Source of the DNA: Lama guanicoe
Taxonomy: Eukaryota
Assembly: GCA_013239625.1 (NCBI GenBank)
Contig: MU054400.1
Span: 3,136,282-3,200,281, forward strand
Direction of reading: 5' to 3'
DNA length: 64,000 nucleotides
A program made the translations under genes and the position numbers. The notes under the pieces were generated by a model. It was not told where the DNA came from. It was given only the letters and a program-made list of their open reading frames with translations, and searched no databases. Numbering within the stretch: position 1 is the stretch's first letter; every line of letters starts with the position of its first letter. Below are positions 1 to 11,275 of this stretch, piece after piece.

Positions 1-312
1 CACGAGTTATTTGTATGTTAACTGTGACTTTTTAAAAAAAGTCTACAACGTAATGAAAAATGTATACCAGGGCCTTGGCTGTCTACTCGCAACTTTCCAG
101 CTGATAGGCTATTGAGGTACAGCAGAAAGGCCTCCTTTAGTGATGCAATTTCTTCTCTTGTTGGACCAATTTCCAGGGTTCTAGTTCTGGCTAAAGACCC
201 TATATGCATCGTGGGTATTTTTCCTCTTTCTTTCATGATCTGTTTGTGTCAAAGAATGGTTCCTAAGTAAATTGGGTAGCTTAGGAGAGCCCCGAGATGC
301 CCTCCACTTGAC

Positions 313-460
313 CAGAGTTGTCAGATTAAGCAAGTAAAACTGTGGGACACCAGGTAAATTTTAACGATTTTGAATTGCCCAAGCATTGTAGATTGAGACA
401 AAAGAAAAATATTGCATGGGATATATGGGACTAAAAAATTACTTGTTGTTTATCTGCAAT
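313..460. mobile_element. MER53-like hAT MITE fragment
   Basis: Starts cagagttgtcagattaagcaagtaaaa...caggtaaattt and contains attgcatgggata...actaaaaaattacttgttgtttatctg, resembling the recalled MER53 consensus. Confidence 0.55.
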
Positions 461-479
461 AGCTGATAAGTATATAATT

Positions 480-2060
480 ACATACCTTTTTCTTTAATAA
501 TATTTCTCTGCAAATTTGGCTTCCCTGACCAGTTACTTACTTTGCAGAATCTGCTTTAGTCATGTCTTGTAGTTACAGCCTAGGTTTCCCTCCCACTGTA
601 ACGTAGCATCCACAGTGGTCACATTCAACTTCTTTTGTTCTTTTGTCCGCTGAACATTCGTTAATGAGAAGCTACGCTCGACATTCGCATTATGAGCCAG
701 TGTACTGAACACGCAGTTGCATGAAACTAACAACTCTAAGCGCTGCTCTTCAAATTTGATTTTTGGCAACACATAATGCCATGTTTCACGGCTTAGCTTG
801 CTTTTCCATTCTTCGGGGTTACATCAAATCTCTTGCTCAACAATTTTTTTAAATGTTGTCCACTGACCAAAAAAAGAAGAGCATTGTCATCAATTTTTAA
901 TCCCCTCTTCAACACTACACGTACTACAAGAGTATTCAGAAACATCCATCTAACATAATTGAATTCTTCAAGGGATAAAATCCATTTCAAAAGATAGTCT
1001 GTGGCAAGTACTATGATAATTATTCACGTCAGGTCAGATTTTCTTTTTCTGTCCGTAAGTAAGTGTGTCCTTTTAAGAACAGCCTTGACACTTAAAGGGA
1101 TACATTCTTCTGTCATTTTTTTTAAACACATTTCAGTGAGTTTCTTTAAGCAATGGAGCTTTCAATAATATTGTTTACTTTTGTTTCAATTTGCATAGTC
1201 CTATTGTCAAAGAGATATTGAAAACTCGAAGTGATAAGAAATAATCAACTTCACTGGATAGATTACTTAAAAAAGTCAGTAAGACTTTGGGAGGGGACTT
1301 CCTTTCAGGATTAAAATATGATTTCAGTGCTTCAAATAAACTGAGGTTTCTCTTGAGTGAATTTGTCAAAGAGAGCCAATGGGCCTTTTGAATGTGAGAA
1401 GATTGAAGAATATTAAATGCCGACAAAAATCACAAAAATTCTTTAATTGCTCAATTCCAAACAACACAAATGCCAAAGTACAAGAAAAATTTCATGACGA
1501 TCACTTCAGTGTCAGTAGAAAGGGCAGCAGAGGCTGTTTGAATAGCATGATGTAGAACTCGGGCAGGTCAGCCGGCACCTTCCAAAGGATCGTCTATGCT
1601 TTGCTTCAGCACTGACTGTATTGTCTGGTCTTTTCTGCAAATATTTACTAAAATTTGTATTTGTATTACCTCCCCAAAAGCAGTAAAAAATTTTTCTCAT
1701 TAAGTTCTAACTCAACTTGAGAGTCTTTGCAAAACTTTGCTATTATTTTGAACTCTCAACTGGAAGTGATTTTATTCACAGCAGCCTTACATGCAAGTCT
1801 TTTTGCGACAACATATATACATATATTTAGAGCATTGCACAAGCAAAGGAAAATGTTTCTGCATTGTGATTACTTGCATCCACAATGGCTATGCCTTTAA
1901 AAGATCTCTGATAATCTCTATAATTATAAATGGAGCTAGAACATTTTTAATAAATATTACTGTAGATTTCGTCTTGACACTTGGAAAATTGCTTGCAGTT
2001 CTGGAGTCTGAAAATACTTCTGGCAGCTGTTCTTTCAAACACTCTTTTGAGCTGGAAGAC
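480..2060 (-). mobile_element. Decayed hAT-superfamily DNA transposon (transposase fossil with frameshifts and stops)
   Basis: Collinear minus-strand ORF pieces carry hAT motifs: HWLSL...LKSYF (1175-1426; the RWLS block) and AHNANVERSFS...TKEQKKLNVTTVDATLQ (560-772; C-terminal dimerization domain, SxxxERxFS type). Confidence 0.8.
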
Positions 2061-2606
2061 TACTGATAATATATAATGTGGAAGGAGCTGCTACAAGGCC
2101 ATCTCTCACCTGACTCCCTCTCTTCCTGCGAGGCAATCACCAGATGGCTCCTCGGTGCCTCCTGGATTCTGACAAGGTCTGAGGCTTCCAGCCTCGCTCC
2201 CCCTTGGGGTAGGGCTGCAGTCCATATGATGGCTTCCCTGCAGCAAGGCGTGGGCTCTTCAGTGCCGAGATGGCCATCGCTCCTGGAGTAGTATCTAGCC
2301 CCTTTTGCTCTGGGGTTGTCTTGTGGAACAAGGGACACAGAAAACTGGCGCATTTACTACTCTAGCGTTTGCTGTCTATATGAGTAATAAGCATATTGAA
2401 TCAAATAAAGGATCGTTGATTCTTTACCAACCAAATCCATCAGCCTTGCCTGACACAATCCCCATGCTAAGTCTCTTTGCAGCACAAAGCACACATCTGA
2501 TCCACAGGAAACACTCAAACATGTCTTTGGATGCACTGAGAGTAGGGGCTGTTTCCAATGCAGCAAGAAGCAACTCTCCTTTTCTCTACCAGCAGTAAGA
2601 CAGAAG

Positions 2607-2982
2607 TGTCAATCAGCTAGGACCACAATGATGCTGCAAAGCGAACAACCCCAGATCTCAGTGGCTTAAAATATGAATAGTTTACACTTACACCTATGGA
2701 CTGGTTGGAGTGACAGGTCTATTCCACAAGTCCTTCACTTTCCTGGGACCCGGGCAGTGGGCTAGCTGGGCATGCTCTTCTCATGACAAAGGCAGAGGCA
2801 CCAAGACGCACGCCCCACCATGCAAGCACCTTCCAAGCCTCTGCTTGAATCACAGCTGCTAACATCCCACTGACAATTAAAGCCACACGGTAGAGTGATA
2901 GATCAAGGGGCAGACAGGGGACCCTCCATCCAAGTAGATGGAAAGGGAAGGACTATTTTTAATGACAACCTAATCTTCCACA
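2607..2982 (-). mobile_element. MaLR LTR (old MLT1 type)
   Basis: tgtcaatcagctaggaccacaatgatgctgc...aacaaccccagatctcagtggcttaaaa is the reverse complement of a typical MLT1 3' terminus. Confidence 0.7.
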
Positions 2983-4064
2983 TCCAAAAACTGCCGTGTC
3001 CTCTAAGTTCAAGGGAGACAAGACGAGCTCTCAGAGTCGCTCTGTTACCGTCTCTCTAAAGAGGAAGCACCCCTTGCCCCTCATCTTAGGGGAAAGACGG
3101 CGGATGGGACTCAGCACAGCTCTCGTCAAGGAAATCCTAATCACAAATCCTGCCTGCATCCCCACCTATCTAGACTCTTTCATAATCCTCATGCGGATTG
3201 CGGGGGGCAGCGGTAGAGGGGTGGTAATTGACTTCTGATTCTCTTCTTGGAAATCCCACAGGGTGATGCTTTGCAACCCACTTAAATATCTAATATTTAG
3301 GGCATAAAGATCTCTACCTCATCTTCCACTTTCATAGCCTCTTGCACAACTCAAACCTGAAAATGCACACAGTGATGACCAACTTGGGAGCCTGAAAAAG
3401 AAATTTTAACTTCAGTGAAACAGAGAATTTGCCATCTCTCTTTGTACTCAGTTTCCTGTTGGTTATGTTTTTGAAAAAACAGAAAGCTGCATACTCAGGA
3501 ATCCTGGGAAAAGTTCTAGAAAGGATGTGTTTCCAGTGACAGAAGTCCCCCAGTTACTATCTTTCCTGGTTTCTCCACCAATGAGAGCAAGTGTCCCTTC
3601 TGCTCAGGCACCATCCACCCAGAAATTAACTCTCATTGTGTGGCAAGTATACAGTTCAACTGGGGAACATTTCACTATATTTTCTACCCAAAAGTTTCCT
3701 TCTAAATGCTCTTGTGCATGTGTTAGAACAAAACTCCCCCCTCCTTCCTCGGTTGCTCTTTCCCACATTCAGCAAAGAAGGATGAAGCACTGATCAGAGG
3801 AGGCTTTGACCAGGGCAGGTGTCAAAGGGAAGAAGAGGCAGAAATATTTTAAACAGAAGAAATATCGGTGTTTTCATCAACCACACTTCAGAACAGTAAG
3901 CAGCCCTAGAGGAACCCAGCCACACACTGCAAACATTGGGATGCAGCTTTTGCAGGTCCTCTACCGATGATCAGTGCATTTTGACTGGTGTCAAAGACGT
4001 ACCAACTAATTAACTATGGACCCACTAAGATGAGAAATTTTATTTAAAAATATTTGCAAATATT

Positions 4065-4250
4065 AACTATGATATATAAAGTAGACAAGTTTCTTCTGTA
4101 CAGCACAGGGAACTATAATCAATATTTTATAGTAACCTATAATGAAAAAGAATATGAAAACGAATATATGTATGTATATGTATGACTGAAGCATTATGCT
4201 GAACACCAGAAATTGACATACTGTAAAATGACTGTACTTCAATAAAAAGA
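4065..4250 (+). mobile_element. L1 3'-end fragment (artiodactyl/camelid type)
   Basis: ctgtacagcacagggaactat...aacctataatgaaaaagaatatg...acttcaataaaa; short aaatatt on both flanks is a possible TSD. Confidence 0.85.
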
Positions 4251-4316
4251 AATATTGGGAGGAACTGGGCATTTACAGATATTTAAGAGAGGAAGTTAGA
4301 ATAAGACTGCTAGGTG

Positions 4317-5072
4317 GAAAGGTTCACAAAAGATAAATACTGGAGACGGTGTGGAGAAAAGGGAACCCTCCTACACTGTTGGTGGGAGTGTAGTTTGGTG
4401 CAGCCAATGTGGAAAACAATATGGAGATTCCTTAGAAAACTAAAAATAAAGATTTACCCTATGATCCAGCAATGCCACTCCTGGACATATATCTGCAGAA
4501 AATGAATTCAAAAAGACAGGTGCACCCCAATGTTCACAGTAGCACTACATATAATAGCCAAGACATGGGAGCAACCTAAATGTCCATTGACAGATAAGTG
4601 GATATACATATATAATGGAATACTACTCAGCCATAAAAAGAATGAAATAATACCATTTGCAGCAACACAGATGGACTTAGAGATTATCATACTATGTGAA
4701 GTAAGTTAGACAGAGAAAGACAAATATCAGAAGATATCACTTACATGAGGAATCTAAAAGAATGGCACAAATAACTTATTTACAAAACAGAAAAGGACTC
4801 ACAGACATAGAAGACAAACTTACAGTTATCAGAGAAGGAAGCCGGGGACGGATAAATTGGGAGTTTGGGATTTGCAGATAGAAACTACTATATATGAAAT
4901 AGATAAATGACAAGGTCCTACTGTTTAGCATAGGAAACTATATTTAATATCTGTAATAACCTATGATGATGAAGAATCTGAAAAAGAATATATACGTATT
5001 AACTAAATCACTTTGCTGTACACCAGGAATTAACACCACATTGTAAGTTAACTATACTTCAATTAAAAAAAA
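4317..5072 (+). mobile_element. 5'-truncated L1 (ORF2 C-terminus plus 3' UTR)
   Basis: ORF2 end [29 protein letters not shown]1 3' UTR; A tail; degenerate TSD aagactgctaggtg / atgattgataggtg. Confidence 0.92.
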
Positions 5073-5808
5073 TGATTGATAGGTGAATGCCTGCCAGGGA
5101 TTCATCTGGGTAAAAATTATTTGCATCTTGGCTTGGACAACACCTACAAGTTAACACGTAACTTTACAGAGCGAGTCTTTAATTAATAATAGATAGCAGG
5201 GCCATAAAAGGTACATTTCCACAGACAAATAGTCCTTAGTGGGCTTGTTAAACCATACCCCAGTATTTTTTGAAAAGGTCGTTTTGTACTCCCTTGGCCG
5301 TATCCAAGTTTTGGACAATTTTTCTTAATGAGCATTTCTGGGCATGTTTATGCATTTGTGGATGAAGTTTGGTGACATTCTATTTGCAGAGGGGTAGAGG
5401 AGCTTTCTGGGAATTCACGTACGCTGCTCCGGCAGGTGAACTGAGCGATGTCCAGGCAGATCTGACAGGGGTGTATCAAGGGCAGGGCAGTGGGAGTGGT
5501 CCTGCCTGGGGGCTGGCAGTAAAGGGGTGCATTGTCTGTAGAGACTTTGACAACAATAATAAAACCAGCTAAAAGTTCACCTGCTTTTGATCATCACTTG
5601 TACCAGCAGTTCTAAACAACATGAATTATAAAACCCTCATCCCCACTGGGGCAGACCTCTCCCACCTCCCGCCTCCTTGGCATGGCATTCATGTCTGGGC
5701 ACCAACAGAAAGGGATCACAGAGGTATACTGGCAGCAAGCTAGAGCAAAGAGGCCACATCCCAATGGAAGACAAGTTAGACTAACCCAGAAACAAACCTT
5801 TGCCTCTC

Positions 5809-7148
5809 CAAGAGTATACACTGGAGAAAAGGCAGCCTCTTCAGCCAGTGGTGTTGGGAAAGCTGGACAGCCTCATGTAAGTCAATGAAGTAAGAACATA
5901 TCCTCATACCATACACAAAAATAAACTCAAAATGGCTTAAAGACTTAAAACACACGACCCTATAAACCTCCTAGAAGAAAACATAGGCAAAACATTCTTT
6001 GACATAAATCTTGGCAATGTTCTCCTAGGGCAGTCCACCTAGGCAATGGAAAGATAAGCAAAAATAAGCAAATGGCACCTAATTAAACTTACAAGTTTTG
6101 AACAGCAAAAGAAACCATAAACAAAGCAAAAAGAGACCCTATGGAATGAGAGAAAATATTTGCAAACAATCTGACCAACAAGGGCTTAATTTCCAAACTA
6201 TACAAAGAGCTAATACAATTCAATAACAAAAAATAACAACCCAATCAAAAAATGGGCAGAAGACCTAAACAAACATTTCTACAATGAAGACATACAAATG
6301 GCCAATAGGCACATAAAAAATGCTCAATATTGCTAACTATTAGAGAAATGCAAACCAAAACTACAGTGAGATATTACCTCACACCAGTCAGAGTGGCCAT
6401 CATTAAAAAGTCCACAAACAATAAATGTTGGAGAGGGTGTGGACAAAATGGAACCCTTCTACGCTGCTGGTGGGAATGAAGTTTGGTGCAGCCACTATGG
6501 AAAACAGTATGAAGAGTCCTTGAAAAACTAAAAATAGACTTACCATATGATCCAGCAATCCCACCGCTGGGCGTGTATCTGGAGAAAACTAATTCGAAAA
6601 GACAAGTGCACCCCAATTTCACAGCAGCACTGTTTACAACAGCCAAGACATGGAAGCAACCTAAATGTCCATCAACAGATGACTGGATAAAGAAATTGTG
6701 GTATATGTATACAATGATATAAAGTCAGCCATAAAAAAGAATAAAATAATGTCATTTGCAACAACATGGATGGAACTGGAAATTGTCATACTAAGTGAAG
6801 TTAGCCAGAAAGAGAAAGAAAAATACCATATGATATCACTATATGTGGAATCTAAAAAAATGACACAAATGAACTTATTTACAAAGCAGAAATAGACTCA
6901 CAGACATAGAAAACAAAATTGTGGTTACCAGGGGAAGAAGGAAGGGAATGGAGAGATAAATTGGGAGTTCAGGATTTGCAGACACTAACTACTATATATA
7001 AAATCCTACTGCATAGCACAGAGAACAAATATTCAATCCCTATAATGAAAAGAATATGAAAAGAAATATATATATATGTAAAACTGAATCACTATGCTGT
7101 ACACCAGATATTAACACAACACTGTAAACAGACTATACTTCAATTAAA
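5809..7148 (+). mobile_element. 5'-truncated L1, about 1.3 kb
   Basis: L1 ORF2 3' region and 3' UTR; flanked by TSD aaacaaacctttgcctctc (~5790-5808) and aagcaaaactttgcctctc (~7148-7166). Confidence 0.93.
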
Positions 7149-7203
7149 AGCAAAACTTTGCCTCTCAATTATCTGATGTGGCAAGGCATTCTGGGTTCAC
7201 AAT

Positions 7204-7658
7204 TGTAATGGGTTTAATCGTGTACCCCCAGAATTCATGTTCATGTTAATGTCCTATCCTCCAGTACCTCAGTGCAAACTAATTTGGAAATAGGTTCACT
7301 GCAGATATAATTAGTTAAGTTCAGATGAGATCATTAAGATGGGTTCTAAACTGTTATATCTAGTGTCCTTATAAAAAGGGGATATTTGGGCACAAAGACA
7401 CACACACAGGAAGAACACCATGTGAAGACAAAGGCAGAGATCGAAGAGATGCTTCTAAAGCCAAGGGATGCCAAAGATGGCCAGCAAAGCCCCAAAACGA
7501 GGAGAGAGACGTGGATCAGATTCTCTCTCACAGCTCTCAGAAGGAACCAATACTTTGATCTCAGACTTCAGCCTCCAGAATTATGAGACGACAAATTTCT
7601 GTTGTTTAACCTGCCCGGCTTCTGGTACTTTGTCAGAGCCGCCCTAGAAAACTAACTC
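7204..7658 (+). mobile_element. MaLR LTR (MLT1C-like)
   Basis: tgtaatgggtttaatcgtgtacccc...ttcagcctccagaattatgagacgacaaatttctgttgtttaa...gccctagaaaactaa. Confidence 0.85.
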
Positions 7659-7779
7659 CGGAGCTCGAGATTTGCTGTTGCATTTATCACACCCACTATA
7701 GTTGCCTTAGTACACATAGCAATCTGCTGGCACCACAGCGGTTGGGCACAAAACCAGGGTAAACTTCACTTAAATATAT

Positions 7780-7955
7780 AAAGCACTTCATAACTTATGA
7801 AGCCATTTTCCATGCAGTAAGTCATCTGATTCATAGGTCATCCTTGTGCGGTAAGTTGGTCAAAGATTATTCCCATTTCTCAGAAGAGAAAATTGAGTTT
7901 CAGAAAAAATTAAACAATTTACTCAAGAACACGGACTTGTATTTGAACCTAGATT
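7780..7955 (-). mobile_element. MIR SINE
   Basis: Degenerate MIR core attcccatttctcagaagagaaaattgag. Confidence 0.6.
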
Positions 7956-8667
7956 GAGCCTAGAGTCAATTTTCACCCACTCCATGGCTCTTGGGAAATG
8001 CCTCATGTTTTCCCAATCCCCTCTTGCAGTGATGACTCAATTTCCTAGCTCTTCAGGGGCTGGAATAGAATTATGATAACTTAAATAGCCTTTGATCTAA
8101 TCAGAAAGCTGGTGTATTTGTCTCATGGGCTGGGTTGATTTATGTTAACTGGAAAGTCCACGCATTTGGAATGACTTCTATCCAATTTAGGTACCAGGTG
8201 AAACTGAGTTGTCCAGTTTGTGTGCCGCCAAGCCTGATGGGCCAGCACAGGAGGTCCTAAGAGGAAGACAGAGGTGCAAACACCAGGTGAGTTTACATGC
8301 CCTTGTTCTTACTTACAAAACCATTAGACTGAAGAAGTTTTATAGAGGTTGCCTTCACTAGGGCACAAATCATCTCTCCCAACTATAAGAAATCAGTCAC
8401 ATCTCTTGTTTGATCATTTCTCATTAATCAGGATCCGTGTTAAGGGATGTCAGAGAAGGGATTTACTAATGTAAGTTGTACTGATTGAACAAATCTTTCT
8501 GGGAACCATTTAGAGGTGGGACTGAGAGTTAAAAATTAGCTTGATTTAGAAATATGGGATTATGATATTTCAGGTGGGAATTAAAAATGGGCAGATGCAG
8601 GTAGATAGTTTTTAAGCTCTCATTAGGCTATAAGAGCATACACTATCATCCTTGTAATTCTTAGAAT

Positions 8668-9350
8668 TTTATTCAATCATTCATTCAAGCGTTTATTGCA
8701 TACCCATTAAATGCTAGGCACTGTTCTGTAAATTGACACTCATCAATGAATAAAGCAAAGTCCTTATTTCCTGAATCTTATACTGGAATGAGAAAGACAG
8801 ACAATACACCAAGAAGTTAAGTACAGTTGTCTCTCAGTATCCACAGGGAATTATTTCCAGGACACCCCAAGGGTACCAAAATCTATGGATGCTCAAATCC
8901 CTTATGTTAAATGGTATACTATTTGCAAATAACCTATGCACATCTCCTGTATACTTTAAATCATCTCTGGATTACTTATAATACCTAATACAATATAAAT
9001 GCTGTGTAAATTGTAGCTGGTATGTGACAAATTCAAGTTTTGTTTTTTGGAACTTTTTAGAATTAAAAAATACGTATTTTCAATGCACAGTTGAATCCAT
9101 GAATGCAGAACCCATGAATAGGGAGGGCTGACTATATGCCTACATACCAGATAGTAATAAGGATTAAGAAGAAAAGTAAAGCCAGGTAGGGGAAGACCTC
9201 TGTCAAAAGGTTGTACTTGCATAGTAATCTGAGCAGAGTGAATCATGGAGATGCGGAAGTATCAGAGAGAAAAGCTTTTAAAGCAGAGGAAAGAGTAAGT
9301 GCAAAGATCCTGCAGCAGAAGCAGGGCTGACATAGGCAGGAGGCCAGGAT
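8668..9350 (-). mobile_element. L2 LINE 3' region, interrupted by a MER2-like element
   Basis: ttattcaatcattcattcaagcgtttattg...ctaggcactgttct is the L2 tail in reverse complement; L2-like sequence resumes after about 9140. Confidence 0.65.
8824..9134. mobile_element. MER2-like TcMar-Tigger MITE
   Basis: TA-flanked termini cagttgtctctcagtatcc ... gaatagggagggctgact; internal MER2-like sequence (ggatgctcaaatcccttat, ctttaaatcatctctggattacttataatacctaatac). Confidence 0.85.
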
Positions 9351-9569
9351 GGAAATATTCAACAGGTAACGTTTGATGATGATCATGCCAAGTATAAGGG
9401 CTCAGAAAGGACTAGGATATTTTGAAGACAAGATTTACATGGTGTAATAAAAGGGGAAGGATTATCCATAGCATATGCTAGCTTAAGCTTTTGTGTTGAC
9501 TCCATTTTTAGCCTTGTATGTCTTTTGAAAACTCATAATGCCCTGAAATAACCCACAAAACACAAACAC

Positions 9570-9790
9570 TTTCATTTACTGAGAACTGTCCCAGTGTCAG
9601 ATCCTACTAGGGGCTTTGCAAACATGATCTCATTAAACCTTTACAACGACACTGACAAGTAAGTATTGTTATTCCCATTTTACAGATGAGGAAACTGAGG
9701 CTACAAATGTTTAAATGACTTTCTGAAGGAAAGGGAGCATAAGGATTCAGTCAGTTCTACTTGATTTCAAAGCACTGATTCTTAAACACA
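9570..9790 (-). mobile_element. MIR SINE
   Basis: Near-perfect core attcccattttacagatgaggaaactgaggct. Confidence 0.85.
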
Positions 9791-10164
9791 AAAGTTATCC
9801 TTACAAGTGAAGTTTTAACTTAGAGGTTGAGTTTTATCTGAAGAGAATTTAAAAATGTGCAGCTGTCTATATTATTCCCAAGTTCTATTGTATTGGAGAT
9901 GAAGCATATTACTTCTTAAGTTGACATGAAATAAACCTCTTTATTGTGTAGGTTTTCTCTCCCTCCCTTACTCCTTATTATATGTTTTAATTCCACTTCC
10001 TCTAAGTGTGTTTGTTCACATACTTGTTAAACTTGTAGACTACTTACTGTGGGCTGGACACCCTGCTGGGGCCACAGATGAAAATGATGTGGCCCCGCCC
10101 TTGATAAGGTCCGACCCTCACCTATCGGCAAAGGGGCGTCACTGTGATTTGGGGGAAGATCTCC

Positions 10165-10320
10165 AAGGGCCCTACCAGCAAGAAAAAGATGATACTTTCA
10201 AATTAAGCAGTTCAAGGAGGGTTTAATAAAGGACCTACTAAGGTCCATTCTTATTGTTTAGGTGTAGGTAGGACATGAGGAAATTGCAGGGGACAGTGCC
10301 GGACGCTGGTGCTCTAAGGA
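10165..10320 (-). mobile_element. ERVL LTR fragment (LTR33-like)
   Basis: cagcaagaaaaagatgatactttcaaattaagcagttcaaggagggtttaataaagg resembles the reverse complement of LTR33. Confidence 0.5.
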
Positions 10321-10789
10321 AGAATCATCTTAACGGCAAGTAACAGGCATTTCTCATTTCTGCTAGGATGTTCCAACTGGATTTGAATACGCTTTTCTAT
10401 TTTGAAAATATTCACTGCCAAATCTAGCATGTGAGTGCTCCTAAGATTCCATTTTTGGTAAATGAAAATACCCTTATGAAAATGCATCTCATTTTTCCCT
10501 TGCCCCCTTTTCTATAAATATCAAAAACCTCCTGTTAACAGTAGCCTCAATGATTTCAGTTACCTTTACTGGAAAATTCTCCGATGTTTCTTTTCCTGGT
10601 GTTTGCAGCTTTCCCAAAGACCCCACTTTTAGGCAACTAATTCTCTCCTTAAAGTGATCACACCATCTATGGCTGGCAGAAAACAGCTTTCTTCCATTTT
10701 ATCACTAGGATCTGCATGAATCTTCAACTCGATTCCACTTCAATGTGTCTCCAGTTCCAAGACATGCAGAAAGCATCGCTTGGCTCAGA

Positions 10790-11275
10790 GGTATATTGTT
10801 TATCTGTTGCTTCATAACAAATCACAAAGCTTTAGAAGCTTTTAACAATTATCATCTCACAGTTTCTGTGGGTCAGGAATTCAAGAACTATTCCGTTGAC
10901 TGGTTCTGGCTCTGGGTCTGTCATGACATTGTGAGCCCAAGCTGTCAGCTTGGGCTGCTGTCATCTGAAGGTTTGACTGGAGCTGGAGGACCTCATGTGG
11001 CTGTGAACAGGAAGCCTCAGGTCTCTGCCATGAAGCCCTCTCCGTGGGCTGCTTCATGAGTCTTTATGCCATTATGTTGTCTTCCTTCAGGTGAGTAACC
11101 TGAGAGAGAAAGGCTGACGTTTCATGCCTTTTACAAAGTTACGTACCATCATATCTAACGTATGCTATTCATTGAAAGTGAGCCACTAAGTCCTCATAGT
11201 CATGAGGAGAATTAAACTCTGTTTCTTCAAGGGAGGAGTATCAGAATTTGTAGACATGGTTCAAAGCCATCTCTA
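10790..11275 (-). mobile_element. MaLR LTR (MLT1F/G-like)
   Basis: tatctgttgcttcataacaaatcac...atctcacagtttctgtgggtcaggaattc...catctgaaggtttgactggagctggagga. Confidence 0.8.
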
